NCBI GenBank assembly: GCA_965216875.1
Contig: OZ244207.1
Span: forward strand, 1,344,001 to 1,408,000
DNA length: 64,000 bases
Reading direction: 5' to 3'
Source of the DNA: Rubripirellula sp.
Lineage (GTDB): Bacteria; Planctomycetota; Planctomycetia; Pirellulales; Pirellulaceae
Shown: positions 61,992-64,000 of the stretch, piece by piece
Layout of the letters: each line of letters starts with the position of its first letter
How positions within the stretch are numbered: position 1 is the first letter of the stretch
The notes under the pieces: model-generated
Told to the model about the DNA's origin: nothing
Database searches by the model: none
What the model saw: only the letters and a program-made list of their open reading frames with translations
Program-made: the position numbers and the translations under genes

Positions 61992-62030
61992 GCCGGATCT
62001 GCATCGCTGTCGCTCTTTGATCCGGCCTGC
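61992..62030 (-). repeat. REP-like unit (G.AGGCCGGATC...GATCCGGC), copy 3
   Basis: Its reverse complement matches 6553-6591. Confidence 0.8.
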
Positions 62031-62035
62031 TTTTG

Positions 62036-62482
62036 CTACTGCAGATGCCGGTTGATTTCCAGAATCTGCTCGTTGAAGTCGGGTAGCTCGATCACTTCGA
62101 TGCCTTGGTCTTGAAGTGTCGCGATCCCTTTGCAATCGACAAAGGTTGCCGGTTCACGTACTCCGAAGACTACGCGTTTGATGTTCCGAGCGATAATGTG
62201 TGTGCAGCAGGCGGTCTTTCCTGATTTGCGAATGCTGCACGGTTCCATCGTCGAATAGAGAACAAGTCCGTCTGTTGGCGTCGCTGGCGGCAACTTGTCC
62301 AACGCCACTTCTTCTGCATGGATGCTGTCGTTGATTTCGCGACTGTAGCCTTCCGCGAGAATGGTTCCTTCGGCATCGGTAATGATGCAGCCAACTGAAA
62401 AGGCCGTTGTCGAACGCGGGCACTTCCGCGATAGCTCGACCGCCTTTTTCATGATTTTCTGGTCAAGGTCGCTGGCATTCAT
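62036..62482 (-). CDS. Zinc-dependent pyrimidine deaminase (Rib2/RibD-N-like)
   Basis: TAFSVG, GYSRE, HAE, STMEPCS.R.SG...CC, GV.EP.TFV. ATGA overlap with the upstream gene. Confidence 0.85.
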   Translation of the reverse strand: MNASDLDQKIMKKAVELSRKCPRSTTAFSVGCIITDAEGTILAEGYSREINDSIHAEEVALDKLPPATPTDGLVLYSTMEPCSIRKSGKTACCTHIIARNIKRVVFGVREPATFVDCKGIATLQDQGIEVIELPDFNEQILEINRHLQ

Positions 62483-63147
62483 GGTTTTCTTTCGAGCGTC
62501 AAAACGGCGGTGCCGCCGACGTCCTCGCATTTGACAAGCTGAAACCGGTGGCCAAACGGTTCTGCGACTGGGCCGGTCACGAAACGAGGGGCTGATTCGT
62601 CGCCGATGATGATTGGGGCAATCGCCAGGCGGATCTGATCCACCACTTGTTCGGTGATTGCGGCTGTGATGACGTGCTGGCCACCTTCAACCATCACCCG
62701 ACGATGCCCGTTGGCTGAGAGATCGCAAAGGATGGAGGTGAGCGTCAACTCATCGAGTGCTCGAACCGCCGCTCGGTCGCCGACGGTCTGGGCGAGTGAC
62801 GTGGCGGCCGTTTTATTGCAATAGACAACCTTCTCTCCGTCTCCCCATTGAAAGAATTTAGCGTCGGGGTTGAGCTCGCCTGAGGCCGTCACGGTGACCT
62901 TTGTCGGATCGGCCGGCTTACCGGCGTCGAGCCTTTTTTGTGCAAGTTCGTCGTCGAGCGTGATCAGACGCGGGTCGTCTTTGCGGATCGTGCCCGCGCC
63001 GACAATCACGGCGTCACAGGTTGCTCGAAGAGCGTAGACGGCCGCGAAATCTTGATCGCTTGAAAGGACGCGTCGTTTCGCTGATGCATCGTCAATGTAG
63101 CCATCCAACGACATCGCAAAGGAAAGGATGACATGGGGACGAGACAT
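62479..63147 (-). CDS. RibD-C / Rib7-like pyrimidine reductase
   Basis: RP.V....A.SLDG.I, R...DA..VGA.T...DDP.L, VEGG, IAP.IIG. Confidence 0.88.
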   Translation of the reverse strand: MSRPHVILSFAMSLDGYIDDASAKRRVLSSDQDFAAVYALRATCDAVIVGAGTIRKDDPRLITLDDELAQKRLDAGKPADPTKVTVTASGELNPDAKFFQWGDGEKVVYCNKTAATSLAQTVGDRAAVRALDELTLTSILCDLSANGHRRVMVEGGQHVITAAITEQVVDQIRLAIAPIIIGDESAPRFVTGPVAEPFGHRFQLVKCEDVGGTAVLTLERKP

Positions 63148-63208
63148 GGGGCCGGTTGATTAGAAGTCTGTTGTGTGAAGCAATGCAGACATCCTAGTTG
63201 ATGGCGCA

Positions 63209-63264
63209 AAAAGAGACCACGGCAGGAACCGTGCCCCGGTTTCCCGGTTGTCACCTGCCGTGGT
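63209..63264 (-). terminator. Probable terminator of the upstream minus-strand gene
   Basis: 11-bp inverted repeat accacggcagg/cctgccgtggt, followed on the minus strand by CTCTTTTT. Confidence 0.5.
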
Positions 63265-63318
63265 ATCCCATTCGCTGCTCAGGTGGCGAGCAGACGAAAA
63301 TCGATTGCAGCCTTTCGG

Positions 63319-64000
63319 CTAGTCCCAGAAGCGAATCCAGTTGAACAACCATGCGAACTTGCGTTCACGACCTGAGCGAGGCCCAACGAAATCGGTGTTG
63401 GAATAGGTGCTCTGCCAACTGTCGCTGTCGCCATCGCTGCCGACCAGTTCGAGTCCACCGCCGTAGGGGTCAACCTGAGCGTACGTGTCTTCGGACCAGC
63501 TGTAGGAGTGGTCGGTCACTTCGGAGCCTGTGACCGTTGCTTCAGGAGATCCTAGACCGCCGCCATACGGGTCGTTGGGAGTGGTGATCGTCGTCGTGTA
63601 GTTGTAGTTCAGGTCAGCATCGGCGAACCCGTTGCCAACCACTCGCCACGTCGCGTTATCACCCAAGTCCCAAGCTTCGCGGAAGCTATCGTAGCTGTCG
63701 CCCCAATCGAGAAGGGTCCCTGTCAGGACGGCTCCATTGGAATCAATCGTGGTGAGGTAATTGTCGTCGTAGTACCAGTCGCCGGTATTCACCTGCGTTG
63801 AGTCATAGTCACTGTATTCGTGATAGTTGGTCGAGTACCAATCGTTCTCGCCCTCCATTTCCGATTTGTTGTCACGATGCGTTTCGCCGATTTCATTGAC
63901 ATCGTACGTTCGGCTTCCGTTCGAATTGAACGTCGCCAAGCTATCGGCCGTGCCAATCACGAAATCCTCGTCCCATTCGTCGAGAGATTCATGATGATAA
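63319..64000 (-). CDS. C-terminal part of a D/S/Y/T/W-rich protein (5' end outside window)
   Basis: The frame is open to the window edge (YHHESLDEWDEDFVIGTADS...). Composition resembles an extracellular protein. Confidence 0.65.
   Translation of the reverse strand, partial: YHHESLDEWDEDFVIGTADSLATFNSNGSRTYDVNEIGETHRDNKSEMEGENDWYSTNYHEYSDYDSTQVNTGDWYYDDNYLTTIDSNGAVLTGTLLDWGDSYDSFREAWDLGDNATWRVVGNGFADADLNYNYTTTITTPNDPYGGGLGSPEATVTGSEVTDHSYSWSEDTYAQVDPYGGGLELVGSDGDSDSWQSTYSNTDFVGPRSGRERKFAWLFNWIRFWD

Noticed and set aside
63148..63318. FMN riboswitch upstream of rib-like genes
   Set aside because: No RFN consensus blocks seen; the inverted repeat is better explained as a terminator.

Overview
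This is GC-rich bacterial DNA with the hallmarks of a Planctomycete, probably Pirellulaceae. The markers are a PSCyt/PSD1 plus DUF1501 pair, giant proteins with the 'RRL..E.LE.R.LLA' N-terminal motif, ECF sigma/anti-sigma pairs, a sulfatase, a PQQ-like propeller and a Ser/Thr kinase. About 40 CDS are present, including rimO, hemL, pdxJ, alkD-like, cinA-like and eboE-like genes. Two divergent giant surface proteins (about 3900 aa Calx-beta/propeller; 1668 aa lamin-tail/CotH) and several REP-like intergenic palindrome families are also present. I saw no rRNA, tRNA, CRISPR array, transposase or prophage. Top finding: two apparent ORFs at 41630-42655 (-) form one 341-codon gene for a secreted thioredoxin-like protein. 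It has an in-frame UGA at the expected catalytic position, followed by a SECIS-like hairpin (loop GGUCU), so it is a candidate unannotated selenoprotein. Other highlights are a coupled Rib7-like reductase/Rib2-like deaminase pair, a stand-alone secretin-core-like protein, prion-like low-complexity tracts and a repeat that supplies the end of rimO. All family assignments come from reading motifs by eye; no searches were run.
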